DNA of 62,885 nt, filler included, from Aduncisulcus paluster (Eukaryota), in NCBI GenBank assembly GCA_024181965.1. It is 11 parts of 11 records of this genome, joined end to end, with 100 filler letters (N's around TTAATTAATTAA, not from the genome) between each part and the next. Parts side by side here need not be neighbours in the genome. Positions count along the whole stretch, not along the records: positions 1 to 3,162 come from BQXS01011767.1; positions 3,263 to 9,845 come from BQXS01011769.1; positions 9,946 to 11,943 come from BQXS01011770.1; 8 more parts are not named here. The stretch is one strand, 5' to 3'. This document shows, in pieces, positions 1 through 10,808 of this stretch. The position numbers and the translations under genes were made by a program. Below the pieces are notes generated by a model. It saw only the letters and a program-made list of their open reading frames with translations, was not told where the DNA came from and did no database searches. Every line of letters starts with the position of its first letter. The stretch's first letter is position 1.

Positions 1-2043
1 ACTGTATCCCTCGATGCAGGTTCGAAAGAGGCAACGAAAAGCACCCTTCAATATGCACAAATGGCCAAAACTATCAAAAATACGCCCGAGCAGAATGAGA
101 GGATGACCAAAAAATTAGTGATTAAGAATTATGTCCGGGAAATTGAAGCTTTAAAACTGCAAGTCAAAGCCGCACAAGACAAGTATGGAATCTACCTCAC
201 TCAGGAGATGTATGATAGCATGCAACTGAAAGGTGAAGAACATGCCGAACAAGCACGTCAAATCGAGGAATTACATGCTGAACTCGCCCAAAAGGAGAAA
301 GAATTTGCAATTCTTCAAGAGCTTTTCCATACACACGAAGAACAGCTTCAAACGGCAAAGAAAGAGCTCCGTGATGCAACAGAGAAGCTCCAGATAACTA
401 GCCATGAGCTTGGAGAAGAAGTCCTTGTCCGCACTGAAAATGACACTGTTGTCTCGAAACTTCAGCGTCAAGCCCAAGCCCTAATTGGACAATTGAAACA
501 AAAGATGCTTGATGTGGATGGTCTCGTACACAGAATTGAAGAAGGTCGTAAGAAAGAAATGATTCTCTCTGAGAGTTTGACTGGCAAACGTGATGATATC
601 TTGAGCGAAACGTCAGAAGCTAAGGTTAAAGTTGAATCAATTGTTGAACATGCTACGACTCTAACAAAATCAATAGCCACGATGTCCAAGGCCCACCGAG
701 ATATTGTTGACACACAAACCAATCTGATTGTTCGTACCATTGATGACATGCGAGAGTCTTCCTCAACCATGCTGAAGCAAGTGTCGAAATGTTTGAGTGG
801 ATCTATTGCGGAAAAGGGTCATGTTGAAGACTATCTTGATGAAGTCAGGAGATCTACTTCAAAGATCACCGCCAACACAATGTCCTTGTCATACCAGGCA
901 GAAGCAGCGGCAAAGGCGATAAAAGATATGACATCGGCTGTTTCATGCCATCTTGAGAAACTGGTGTCATCGGTGTTGACTTCTGTTGACTCACTAAAAT
1001 CTTCATTTGAAGAGTGTGAGGTTGCTGTTGAAAAGGGAGTTGGAGAAGCCCACGCTTGTACTGAAAATGGTATCCGAGCAGCCGAAAAGATGAGAGAGAG
1101 CGTGTGTTCCACCCTTGAATCCGCCGGCTCGAGGTCAGAGGCTATGTTACAAAATTTCAAAACGAGGATAATTGAAATGATTTCATCAGAGGTTGAAGAT
1201 GTTCTATCCACCCATACGCGGACTATGGGTTCCTCTTTGAAAACTTGCTCTGCCAAAGTCAAGGAAAGTCAAGAATCTATCGGATCCTCATTCGAAAAAT
1301 GTGATGTTGCTCTTGGATCTATTGCTGGTGCCGTTGAATCATGCATGGCAAATGCAGACCCCGTAGTATTATCGTTAAGGAGGAATATAACCGATATTGG
1401 AGCTGCTGCTTCCGAGTTGCAGTCTACTGAATCTTCAGAGCCTATCAAAGCTATTGAAGGATTTGGCGTTCACACTCGTGACATCTCAGCAGAGATTGAT
1501 AATACCTTCTCAAAGACCAGTGATGCTCTCGAGCGAGTTGGTAAAGCCTGTGATCGAGCAAGTGATGCTCAAGATATTGTTGCTGCTTGGAATCAAAGAG
1601 ATGAAGATACGACTAAAAAAATTGGTGTCAATATCGATCATATTCGTGAATCAACAGATTTTTCGACAATGCAATGTGCTTCATTCCATGATTCTGCATC
1701 AAAGATTGTAACCACCGGTAAGAGTTTGGGGAAATCCATATGTGATATCCAATCGTTTTCAAGTACTATTGACGTGTCTGAACAATCTTTTCCCATAACT
1801 GGTGATACGCCACAAGTGCATAAGATGGATGAATATGATGATTCTCTCCTTCATACGCCTCATCAACCAAGGAAAAAGTCAGCTCTTGTCAATAGATTCG
1901 CTTCGAAATTTGGGAAAACGCCTTCTCATGTTCCTGATGTCTTCAAGTCAAGGGGAATGAATACAGAAGATATGTTGAAAACTCCTGGTCCTCATCTCTC
2001 GAGATTTAGCATTGATTCTGAGAAAGATGAGTCTGAAGAATAA
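1..2043 (+). CDS. Kinesin-5 (BimC/Eg5) family motor, 5'-partial (end of motor domain, neck, stalk, tail)
   Basis: The frame is open from base 1. TVSLDAGSKEATKSTLQYAQMAKTIKNTPEQNERMTKKLVIKNY resembles the kinesin-5 motor end and neck (ETLSTLEYAxRAKNIxNKPEVN). A long coiled coil follows, with a BimC-box-like TGDTP near the C-terminus. Confidence 0.85.
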   Translation, partial: TVSLDAGSKEATKSTLQYAQMAKTIKNTPEQNERMTKKLVIKNYVREIEALKLQVKAAQDKYGIYLTQEMYDSMQLKGEEHAEQARQIEELHAELAQKEKEFAILQELFHTHEEQLQTAKKELRDATEKLQITSHELGEEVLVRTENDTVVSKLQRQAQALIGQLKQKMLDVDGLVHRIEEGRKKEMILSESLTGKRDDILSETSEAKVKVESIVEHATTLTKSIATMSKAHRDIVDTQTNLIVRTIDDMRESSSTMLKQVSKCLSGSIAEKGHVEDYLDEVRRSTSKITANTMSLSYQAEAAAKAIKDMTSAVSCHLEKLVSSVLTSVDSLKSSFEECEVAVEKGVGEAHACTENGIRAAEKMRESVCSTLESAGSRSEAMLQNFKTRIIEMISSEVEDVLSTHTRTMGSSLKTCSAKVKESQESIGSSFEKCDVALGSIAGAVESCMANADPVVLSLRRNITDIGAAASELQSTESSEPIKAIEGFGVHTRDISAEIDNTFSKTSDALERVGKACDRASDAQDIVAAWNQRDEDTTKKIGVNIDHIRESTDFSTMQCASFHDSASKIVTTGKSLGKSICDIQSFSSTIDVSEQSFPITGDTPQVHKMDEYDDSLLHTPHQPRKKSALVNRFASKFGKTPSHVPDVFKSRGMNTEDMLKTPGPHLSRFSIDSEKDESEE

Positions 2044-2753
2044 ATTTCTGGCCATTCAGAATGACTCATTCTCATCCACAATGAGTTTTATGGTGTTAAC
2101 CCTGTTTAGGGTGGCTAGCAAATTTATTATCGAGAATTAGAGCCGGTACATGCCGGTAACTACCGGTTATACATCAACAATGGCAAACGCCTTCCTTTTC
2201 TCTTGAATAATGACAACTTGTCATGGCTTTTATTTTAGTAAATTGAAGTTAGTAATTGTATTCCCGACTGTCGGCAACTCGTCATCAAGAATCCAGACTT
2301 GATTATCTAGTAGATATCACAGTGTGGTAATCACACCATGGATGATGCCAATTCTAGTAGAATTATTCTATGGACACTCTCAGAATCCTCCTCATCAAAA
2401 CCAGAAGATATAGAAAGGGTCCGATCAAGCATCCTTCGAAAGGGAGAAAAAAAGGAGAGACAATAGCATTGAACAGAGCGTTGTTTAGTGGTAGGGATTC
2501 TTCACTCTCTCTTCTTCGTCTCAATCCCAATTCACTTCGTGAAAGAGGAACGTGCCAACGACAGCATGAACAATGTGTGAAGTTTATCTGCCCCGGATAT
2601 CCTTGTTCTTCCCAAGCTCTCCACATGAGGAATAAAATGAATGTGAACGAAACACAGAAGAGACCGAAATAAATTCGTGAAGTGCTAAAGCATGAAGTGG
2701 AGGGATAACATCAACCTTCTTCTTGATAATGATCCTTTTGAGGACATTTTACC

Positions 2754-3161
2754 TCATTTCAATGGAAGGCCTCGACCAATAACATCATCAACATGATCAC
2801 TCTCAGAGGGGGTTTCTTTCTCAGGTTGGGAGGAGAAAACACGCCAGAACCTCAAAGTATCATCCCCAGCAGATACAACGGTGACATTGTCAGGACCCAA
2901 ACGTGCATGGAGCACCCTATTCGTATGTCCAGTAAAATCACCTATCCTCGTAAGGCGTGGATAAGACCAGAGTGTGAGTTGATTATGTTGAAACCCATGA
3001 GCAGAAAGGAGTTCACGCCCATATGGACTCCATATTAATGCAGATACCTGAGATTCAGTGTCAACACGCTCAATGCATCGACCAGATGTTGTATTCCAGA
3101 TACAGATGGAACGGTCAGTTGTACCACCACCAGTGGCAAGTAAATCGTGCTGGAAGGGGGC
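2754..3161 (-). CDS. CDC20: Cdc20/Fizzy/Cdh1 family WD40 APC/C activator, 5'-partial (missed by ORF track)
   Basis: Manual minus-strand translation gives [88 protein letters not shown]. These are the diagnostic last WD repeats of Cdc20/Cdh1; the two paralogues cannot be told apart from this fragment. Confidence 0.88.
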   Translation of the reverse strand, partial: APFQHDLLATGGGTTDRSICIWNTTSGRCIERVDTESQVSALIWSPYGRELLSAHGFQHNQLTLWSYPRLTRIGDFTGHTNRVLHARLGPDNVTVVSAGDDTLRFWRVFSSQPEKETPSESDHVDDVIGRGLPLK

Positions 3162-3162
3162 C

Positions 3163-3262
3163 NNNNNNNNNNNNNNNNNNNNNNNNNNNNNNNNNNNNNN
3201 NNNNNNTTAATTAATTAANNNNNNNNNNNNNNNNNNNNNNNNNNNNNNNNNNNNNNNNNNNN
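3163..3262. other. Artificial contig spacer (N-TTAATTAATTAA-N); also at 9846-9945, 11944-12043, 17135-17234, 19678-19777, 24341-24440, 45348-45447, 49429-49528, 56960-57059, 59023-59122
   Basis: Identical 100-nt N blocks, each with a central linker that has stops in all six frames. Confidence 0.98.
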
Positions 3263-3897
3263 TCAATTCAAAGTTCAATATTACCACGATCAGAATTGGA
3301 AGACCATATTGAATGAGTTATTTCTGATCTGCGTTCTAAAAATGAGGAAAATAATGACACGACTTGAATCTTCATCGGATTCTAAAAGTGATGCAATAAT
3401 CATTCGTAATTATGCAATTTTTAACAACGATTCGGTGTTTTGATGATATTTTCCTCTCATTCTCTTGCATGAATGGTCCAAAATATATCCTGTGAAACAA
3501 TAATGGAATATTTATTGTAAATTTCACTTTATTTTCGCTTAGACGGGCCATTAATCGTGGAATTACACGAAATGGATTTGATGATTTCTAAAAATAGATT
3601 TTCTAAAAATAGAAATTATCAAAATAATTTTCAATATTTACCTTGTTTGGGATTTCAAAACATTCAAACCATCATCACTGAAGCTCTATCTGCTATATTT
3701 GAGAGTTTATTATCCTATTTCCAGATGTGTATGATTCAGAATATCAGAATTGAATTTATCAGGTTAACAAGAGTAAACCATTACTTTATAACATAGCTCT
3801 ATATTGATTCGTAGTGCGACATCAACCTCTAGAAAATACATGATTAAATAAATTTTATTAATTCTGTTCTTTCATTTACAATATCCCATGATCCTTC

Positions 3898-5079
3898 CTA
3901 CATCCCTTTATCTTCTTCTTCTCCATCTACACTGAGTTTCTTGGATGAACTGGAAGTACCAGGAAGAAGATGAGGGAGAGAGGTGGGAATATCATCATCT
4001 CGGATGAATACAAGGGAATAGATGGCAAAACTTCGATGATATTTGTCTTCTATTCTCATTTCTTTCCCTTCAATCTCACACAATACAACATTAGGCAAAT
4101 CAATAGAAATGAAGTGCCATTCAAATGTATATTTAGGTCTAATGAATTCATACCTTTTGGATGTCTTCTTACCACTACAATCAGTGAAAGTGAAGAGAAG
4201 AGAGGGTGAACCACAATGCAAATTCACACAGATATAAGCACCTTTCATAGGGTTAGACTGTGGAAAAGGAATTGAAAGATGAGAAAAGATAACACAATCT
4301 TCCCCCTTTAACATTAATTGTGCATCTAAACTCTTATCATACAATCGAGATTCCATATAATGCGAATCATCCTTGCATTTAACCATTGAAAATGAAGGAT
4401 TAATAACCTTTGGATCATCACGTGGAATAGGAATGGATTCTTTCCATGTTTCCCAATCTCCTTCCTTGATAAACTCTGATTTCACAACAGGAGCTTGAGA
4501 CCAGCATCGGGCAAGAGTAATTTCTCTGGCTTCACGAGCTATTGTTTCTTCACGAGTTTCTTCTCGAATAAACATGAGAGAGATTATACTAAAATGTTCT
4601 TTCTTTCTTCCTTTCCCAGTAATCTCACATAACATAACATCAGAAAGATCAACAGGGAGGAAATACCAACAATAACGAGGTTCAGAATAACGAAATCCAG
4701 GAAAATCATATCGTTTTGATATTTTCTCACCATCTGATGTTGTGAAAGTGAAGATAAGATTGGAAGGCCGTGAATCTAAATCAAGATTAATAGCCTCACC
4801 GAGCTGGATATAGGCACCTTTCACTGGGGGATATGAGGAGAAAGGAATGGAAATATAAGTGAAGTGTCCACAATTATGCTCTCCTTTCATCATCTTTTGT
4901 GCATTAGAACTCTGATTGTATTTCTTCGTTTTCAGGAATAGTCTTTTCTGCGTTTCATCTCTAGCTTTGATACTTCGAAACTCTGGCGTATTAATGTTGG
5001 GAATATCTCCAGGAATTGGACAACTTCCAATAAACCCGTGAACAAATTCTGGGGTCACGATTTGAACTGGGCCACTCAT
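3898..5079 (-). CDS. Lineage-specific expanded family protein with two tandem ~170-aa beta-rich (jelly-roll-like) units
   Basis: 393-aa ORF. The motif set PIPxD..SIPF..KGAYI..L(I/L)FTFT.(S/C)DG.K.SK.Y(D/E)F..W(Y/H)FLP(V/I)DL.(D/N)VVLCEI.GK occurs twice and recurs in the neighbouring ORFs. Confidence 0.85.
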   Translation of the reverse strand: MSGPVQIVTPEFVHGFIGSCPIPGDIPNINTPEFRSIKARDETQKRLFLKTKKYNQSSNAQKMMKGEHNCGHFTYISIPFSSYPPVKGAYIQLGEAINLDLDSRPSNLIFTFTTSDGEKISKRYDFPGFRYSEPRYCWYFLPVDLSDVMLCEITGKGRKKEHFSIISLMFIREETREETIAREAREITLARCWSQAPVVKSEFIKEGDWETWKESIPIPRDDPKVINPSFSMVKCKDDSHYMESRLYDKSLDAQLMLKGEDCVIFSHLSIPFPQSNPMKGAYICVNLHCGSPSLLFTFTDCSGKKTSKRYEFIRPKYTFEWHFISIDLPNVVLCEIEGKEMRIEDKYHRSFAIYSLVFIRDDDIPTSLPHLLPGTSSSSKKLSVDGEEEDKGM

Positions 5080-5661
5080 TATACAGTTTCTGGAAGTGTT
5101 CTACAGATAGAATAAATGTAAAAAATTAGATATGTATAATATCTAAAATAAAGATAAACTTCAAATAACACCAGTGAGCCTCAACAAAGATAAATGATCA
5201 GAACAACACAAGAAGATAATTGAACATACAAGAAAGGGATTATTAATGCTATATCAAATCTTTTGACAAGATAATATAGTTTTGCTACCGAATAGCAGCT
5301 AGATGCAACCAAAAACGACCAAGATTAAAATCGATATGTGCCACTTCAAGGACTCTCTGCCATTCAATTCCATGCATTAAAAACAAATATGAATGATTAT
5401 AATCCAATAAATAAATATGTGGTTTGCAATAGACTCTACATGGGTCGGGATCAAAAATGTTGATTCAAGATCGTCATAGAAATGGCTAATATGCAAGCTA
5501 TTTACTTATTGGATACGACAAAAATCTTATAAAATGACAATACCATTCTTCAAAAGTTCCTGCCAGGAACTTGGCAGGTTCAACCTTTCAAAGGTTACCT
5601 TTCAAGGGTTGGAAGTTCCAAGTTGGAAATGAGATGTACATATTTTTGATGTATCCTTGGA

Positions 5662-6786
5662 CTATTTCCATGGAAGTTGAGATAATCGTTCAGCAATAAT
5701 TTTCTCCGGAATGGCAGTAAAAACAAGGGAGTAGATGTTGAAACTCCGACTATATTTCTGATCCCACATTCCTTTCCCTTCAATCTCACACAAAACAACA
5801 TCATCCAAATCAATGGGAAGGAAGTGCCATTCAAATGAATGTTTAAGTCTTATGAATTCATACTTTTTGGATATCTTCTTTCCATCACAATCAGTGAAAG
5901 TGAAGAGAAGAGAGGGTGAACTAACATGCTTATTCACACAGATAAAAGCACCTTTCATAGAACTAGGTGATGGGAAAGGGATGAAAAGCTGGGATAAAGG
6001 TGTAAAGCCTTTCCCCTTTAACATTTCTTGAGCTTTTAAACTCTTATCATAATCCTCATATTCCTTACAAAAAGAATCATCCTTGCACTTCACCATGGAA
6101 TATAAAGGATTTAAAAGCTTAGGATCATCACGTGGAATAGGAGAATATCTTCCTGGAGCTTCATAATTTCCTTCCTTAACAAACTTCGGTTTCACAACTG
6201 GAGCTTCAGACCATAGTTTCTCTCTGGCTTCACGAGATATGGTTTCTTCAAGAGTTTCATCTCGAAAGAAAATGAGAGAGGAAAGCACAAAACGCTCATC
6301 TTTCACTCTTCCTTTCCTTGTAATCTCACAGAGAACAATATCGGAGAGGTCGACAGGAAGGAAATACCAATGAGTTCCAATAAACTCAGGAAAATCATAC
6401 AGTTTTGATATTTTCTCACCCTTCAAAGATGTGAATGTGAAGATTAGCTGTGATGGAGGTGGTTTCCCAGAATAACCTGATAGACAGATATAAGCACCTT
6501 TCATTGGAGATGATGAAGAGAAAGGAATGGAAAGATGTGTAAATTGTCCACCAATATCATCTCCTTGCATCATCACTTGTGCGGTGAAACTCTGATCATA
6601 TGATCCATCTCCTTCTTGGGTTATATCAGTTGCTAGAACCATTAATAACTCCACACTCTTAATATTGGGGGAATCTCAAGGAATTGGACAGCACCATGAA
6701 TTTCCTTCATAAAGAAATTCAGCTTTCCGAGATTCTGTAATAGCATGATTCACAAAATGGGAAACATCATCTGTGGATGAATTCAT
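5662..6786 (-). pseudogene. Second family member (two units) with an in-frame TGA at 6676-6678
   Basis: ATG at 6786 (MNSSTDD..SWCCPIP*DSPNIKS..) is in frame with the 5662..6654 ORF. Paralogues read PISRDAPN and PIPGDIPN at the stop position. Confidence 0.75.
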
Positions 6787-7391
6787 TTGAAAAATAGTTT
6801 GACTTTTCCTAAAATCACAAATAGAATAATGATATTTGTGATCAAACAATAATGTAAATTCCAAGTAGAACAATACAAGAAAATGGCAAGAATAATCGAA
6901 CAGCAAAATAATGAGTGAATTTTGGTTACAATGGTTAAAATATGTCTCAATATACATTTAACAAAAGATGTAACATATAGTAAACATACAATTTGTTTTT
7001 ACCGCCGAAAAAGATGATGTCCAAACTCACAACCCTCGATTGACACTCTTGGAAAGTAATATCGTACAACATATAAATAAAAGTATATGGACATTTTCTT
7101 TGCACCATATATTGCATGCTATCATTGTGAATCCACTCCTGCCACAAAATCGCTTCCTACCTCTGAGTTTTGTTAACATATTGGATTATAAGGTGACAAA
7201 ATATGCCGATAAGTTGCAGTTGAAATCTGTGAATATTGTAAATATCATCGACTCATTGAATTTTGTCATATTGTTGGTCTAAGATCAAAAATCGTAACTT
7301 GCACTGTTTTTTGCAATATCCAGTATTTGATAAGCATAAAAAATTTACTTTAAAGCTCCAATCTCGATAGACAAAAGAAGATGATGTAAGC

Positions 7392-8998
7392 CTACATCCC
7401 TTTTTCTTCTTCCTCATCCTTTCTCCCCTCTTTGCTTTCAATGCGAGTCTCATTATCATGATGATAATTATCATCTATGGAATGTTCGAAAGGTAGGCAA
7501 GATAATGGTTCAGATCCGATTCTTTCCTCTGGCATAGTAAACACAAGTGAGGAGATGACGAAATTCCGACATTTCTTGTTTTCCCACATCCCTTTTCCTT
7601 CGATCTCACACAATACAACATTATCCAAATCAATAGGAAGGAAGAACCATGCAAAAGTAAACTCAGGTTCTGGGAATTCATACTTCTTGGATATCTTCTT
7701 ACCATCAGAATCAGTGAAAGTGAAGAGGAGAGATGGAGAACTGTGATTNNNNNNNNNNNNNNNNNNNNTTCTTCCTCATCCTTTCTCCCCTCTTTGCTTT
7801 CAATGCGAGTCTCATTATCATGATGATAATTATCATCTATGGAATGTTCGAAAGGTGGGCAAGATAATGGTTCAGATCCGATTCTTTCCTCTGGCATAGT
7901 AAACACAAGTGAGGAGATGACGAAATTCCGACATTTCTTGTTTTCCCACATCCCTTTTCCTTCGATCTCACACAATACAACATTATCCAAATCAATAGGA
8001 AGGAAGAACCATGCAAAAGTAAACTCAGGTTCTGGGAATTCATACTTCTTGGATATCTTCTTACCATCAGAATCAGTGAAAGTGAAGAGGAGAGATGGAG
8101 AACTGTGATTCTTATACACACAGATATAAGCTCCTTTCATAGGACTAGGAGATGGAAAAGGAATGGAAAGATGTGATAATAATACATCATGACCGACTTT
8201 CAACATATCTCGTGCCTGTATACTTGTGTCATACCATCCAGAGGTCTTGTACAGGGAATCATCTATTGACACAACCAGTGGGAATGAAGGAGATATGATC
8301 GATGGGTCATCACGTGGAATGGGAATGGAAGCTCGGCCACCAGATTCTTCATCTCCTTTCTTCACAAACTCTGGAACTTGAGTTTGTAAATCGAACCACA
8401 GCTTCTCTTTGACTTCACGAATAAGGATTTCTTCAGGCGTTTCTTCCCGAATGAAGGTTGGATTTATGATTCTAAAATGCTCCGTTTCCTTTCCTTTTCC
8501 TGTAATCTCACACAAAACGACATCGGAAAGATCAACAGGAAGGTAATACCAAATTCCTCCTTCAACGTCAGGATATTCATCCTTCAGCAGACATATTTCA
8601 GGGAACTCGTATTTCTTGGATATTACCTCCTCCCTTGCCAACGTGAACGTGAAGATGAGATGTGATGGGGGTGAATATCGGGACAAACAGATATATACAC
8701 CTTTTATAGGGGAAGATGAAGGGAAAGGGATCGATACATGGGTGTAAGGACCATCATAATACTCACCTCTCATCATGTCTTGTGCAACAAAACATTGCCA
8801 ATGTTCGACAAGTTGTCGAGAGGCTGCTTCTTCCTTTGTTTCATCCTCGGCTTCGATCGCTGGAAAGTCTGGGTTAATAACATTGGGAGCATCTCGAGAA
8901 ATTGGGTTACAAGCACATTCTCCCTCATGAAGGAACTCTGGTATCACGATTTGAGTACACAGACATTCTTCTGGAATTGTTGGTGTTGATGAACTCAT
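7392..8998 (-). CDS. Third family member (two units); true C-terminus ..EEEEKGM* once the gap duplication is collapsed
   Basis: Same motifs as above. The 3' end is duplicated around the 20-N gap at 7749-7768. The EEExKGM* ending is shared with the 3898 gene. Confidence 0.8.
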
Positions 8999-9945
8999 TT
9001 TGGTATTTTTTGAATTCTATTTGGATTGGAATATTCAATATTTAATATATAAAATATAAAATATAAGATAATTAGCATCATTAGGGATGAATATCCTGAA
9101 AGTAATTCAACAAATGGAATCATTTAAGATGATTTGCAGTCGCAGATCTAACATACGAAGATTGAGGTTATGAAGATGGATAGAAATAGTATTTGTAATT
9201 TTGCACAAAAATAACCAGAATAGTGGTTTGTTAAGGATGTGAATAACTTGATTGGAACGAAAAATCGACAACTTGTAAATTGAATTTCCTACCACGGCAG
9301 AAATACCGGTTCTGCTTCCTGTCAGCTCCTTATTAGAATGAATCGTTTTATGAATTATAAGAAGAGTAAAACAATATATTTATCAAGATGTAAATTTATT
9401 TATGTCGAATTTGATCGGTAAAACAACTGGCGGATGCATTTATTAGGGAAGGGGAGATACTAAAAAGACAGAAGTAAAAAGAGAAAAGAAAGGCATTGAA
9501 GGATATTAAAGGGTATATTAGGTGGTAACAGACTGACTGCAGTACGATAAAGTTTCAGACAAGAAGGATACTGATTGTAGTGTATTCAGCATAGAGACGA
9601 AGACACCGAAAGGCAAACTCTACCAAGTAAACAATGTAGTGAAAAAACTAGTGAACAAAAGTTGCACATAGTGTGTAACTAAAGAACCGAGGAGTAGGAA
9701 GGAATGAGTGTACGGTAATCAATAGAAATTTCTGAAAAAGGCAACAGCAAACATATATTGAGAAGATTTAGCAAGACAAGGCATCAAGATGCTACTCTCT
9801 AGAGCCATCAAAATAAGCTAAGTCATTTTAGAAAGGAGTCGAGAGNNNNNNNNNNNNNNNNNNNNNNNNNNNNNNNNNNNNNNNNNNNNTTAATTAATTA
9901 ANNNNNNNNNNNNNNNNNNNNNNNNNNNNNNNNNNNNNNNNNNNN

Positions 9946-10596
9946 ATAGAGGGCTTCACCACCAGGAGATCCATCGGCTATCTTATTCAGGTTTTTGACT
10001 ATTGTGTCCATCATTTTGGTGTGTTCGTGCGTTAGTATAAATGCGTTAGTCTTCTTATTCTTTTTCGTAGTGCAAAGTTTCTTTATCAGCAGGCCAGATT
10101 CCCTATACAAACCTCCTGCCGTTTCACCATTAAGGTTAGCGGCAGCTTTCATGAGGTCCATAATGTTTTCTTGGGGTCCGGGAGTAGTGGATAGATCGGC
10201 AAGGAGCTCAGACCACGTTTTTACACCATCAGCGACTGGAGGGTGCTTCAGGTACGCAGCCTGACTTAGGGTTTCTTGACTTGTTGACGGAGAAAACTTT
10301 GTTTCAGTCATTGTCCTGAAACTTGCTGATAGTTTGCCTCCACGAGCTTGGAGGGATGCTTTAAGTGTCTTCCGTGCGTGTTCGTTATCTTCGTCTTGTG
10401 TGGATCTTTGTACTTCTTTTCCCACAACAAACAACAACAAACAAACCCTCATTGCTTGGCAAGTTCGCGAGATCAAAAATAGGCACATATCGATTTTTCG
10501 GGGGGTTTTAACTAAAGAAGGTTTTCAACTACCGTAATCCGTCAATTATGACGTTAACTGTTGGTTCGGAACGAGGCCTTTCCCTCGGCCCCTACA
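9946..10596 (-). mobile_element. Probable 5' end of a retroelement (TGTAGGG start, structured leader, gag/ORF1-like ORF running into the spacer)
   Basis: The minus strand begins TGTAGGGGCC at 10596, the same start as the LTR at 48992 (TGTAGGGATA). Hairpins GGCC..GGCC and CGTCA..TGACG follow, then an ORF from 10488 with no recognisable host homology. Confidence 0.4.
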
Positions 10597-10808
10597 AAGT
10601 TCTAGAACTCGAAAATATCAACAATATTATTTTATTTAACTATTTACTTAGACATTAAATAAAGACGCCCCGACCGACCGCTCATTCAACGATTTTGGAT
10701 CGCGATTCAACAAATCGTGTTTTTCCTTGCAATTGGAAGGTTACTGGTGTTTATTGTCTTTTTTTATTTCAATTAAATTTCGATATTTGCGTGTTATAAT
10801 TGTTTGTG

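Noticed and set aside
2338..2672. Possible small + strand gene (MDDANSS.. joined to ORF 2370 by a slip at an A7 run)
   Set aside because: It has no recognisable motif and requires an assumed frameshift.
3163..3262. Repeated TTAATTAATTAA palindromes inside N runs
   Set aside because: These are synthetic six-frame-stop linkers. ORFs ending in X..N or LIN are artefacts, and adjacency across the linkers is unproven.
6676..6678. Selenocysteine or genome-wide TGA reassignment
   Set aside because: The aligned residue is Arg/Gly, not Cys. No SECIS was recognised, and TGA terminates RPL3, Rab, RPF2 and the thioesterase.
7406..8108. Apparent tandem duplications around 20-N gaps (also 18662-19554, 21571-22196, 26325-26806, 32952-33489, 51086-51926)
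   Set aside because: Near-identical overlaps flank every 20-N gap, differing at most by a SNP or homopolymer length where compared. They are unmerged contig or haplotype overlaps, not biological repeats.
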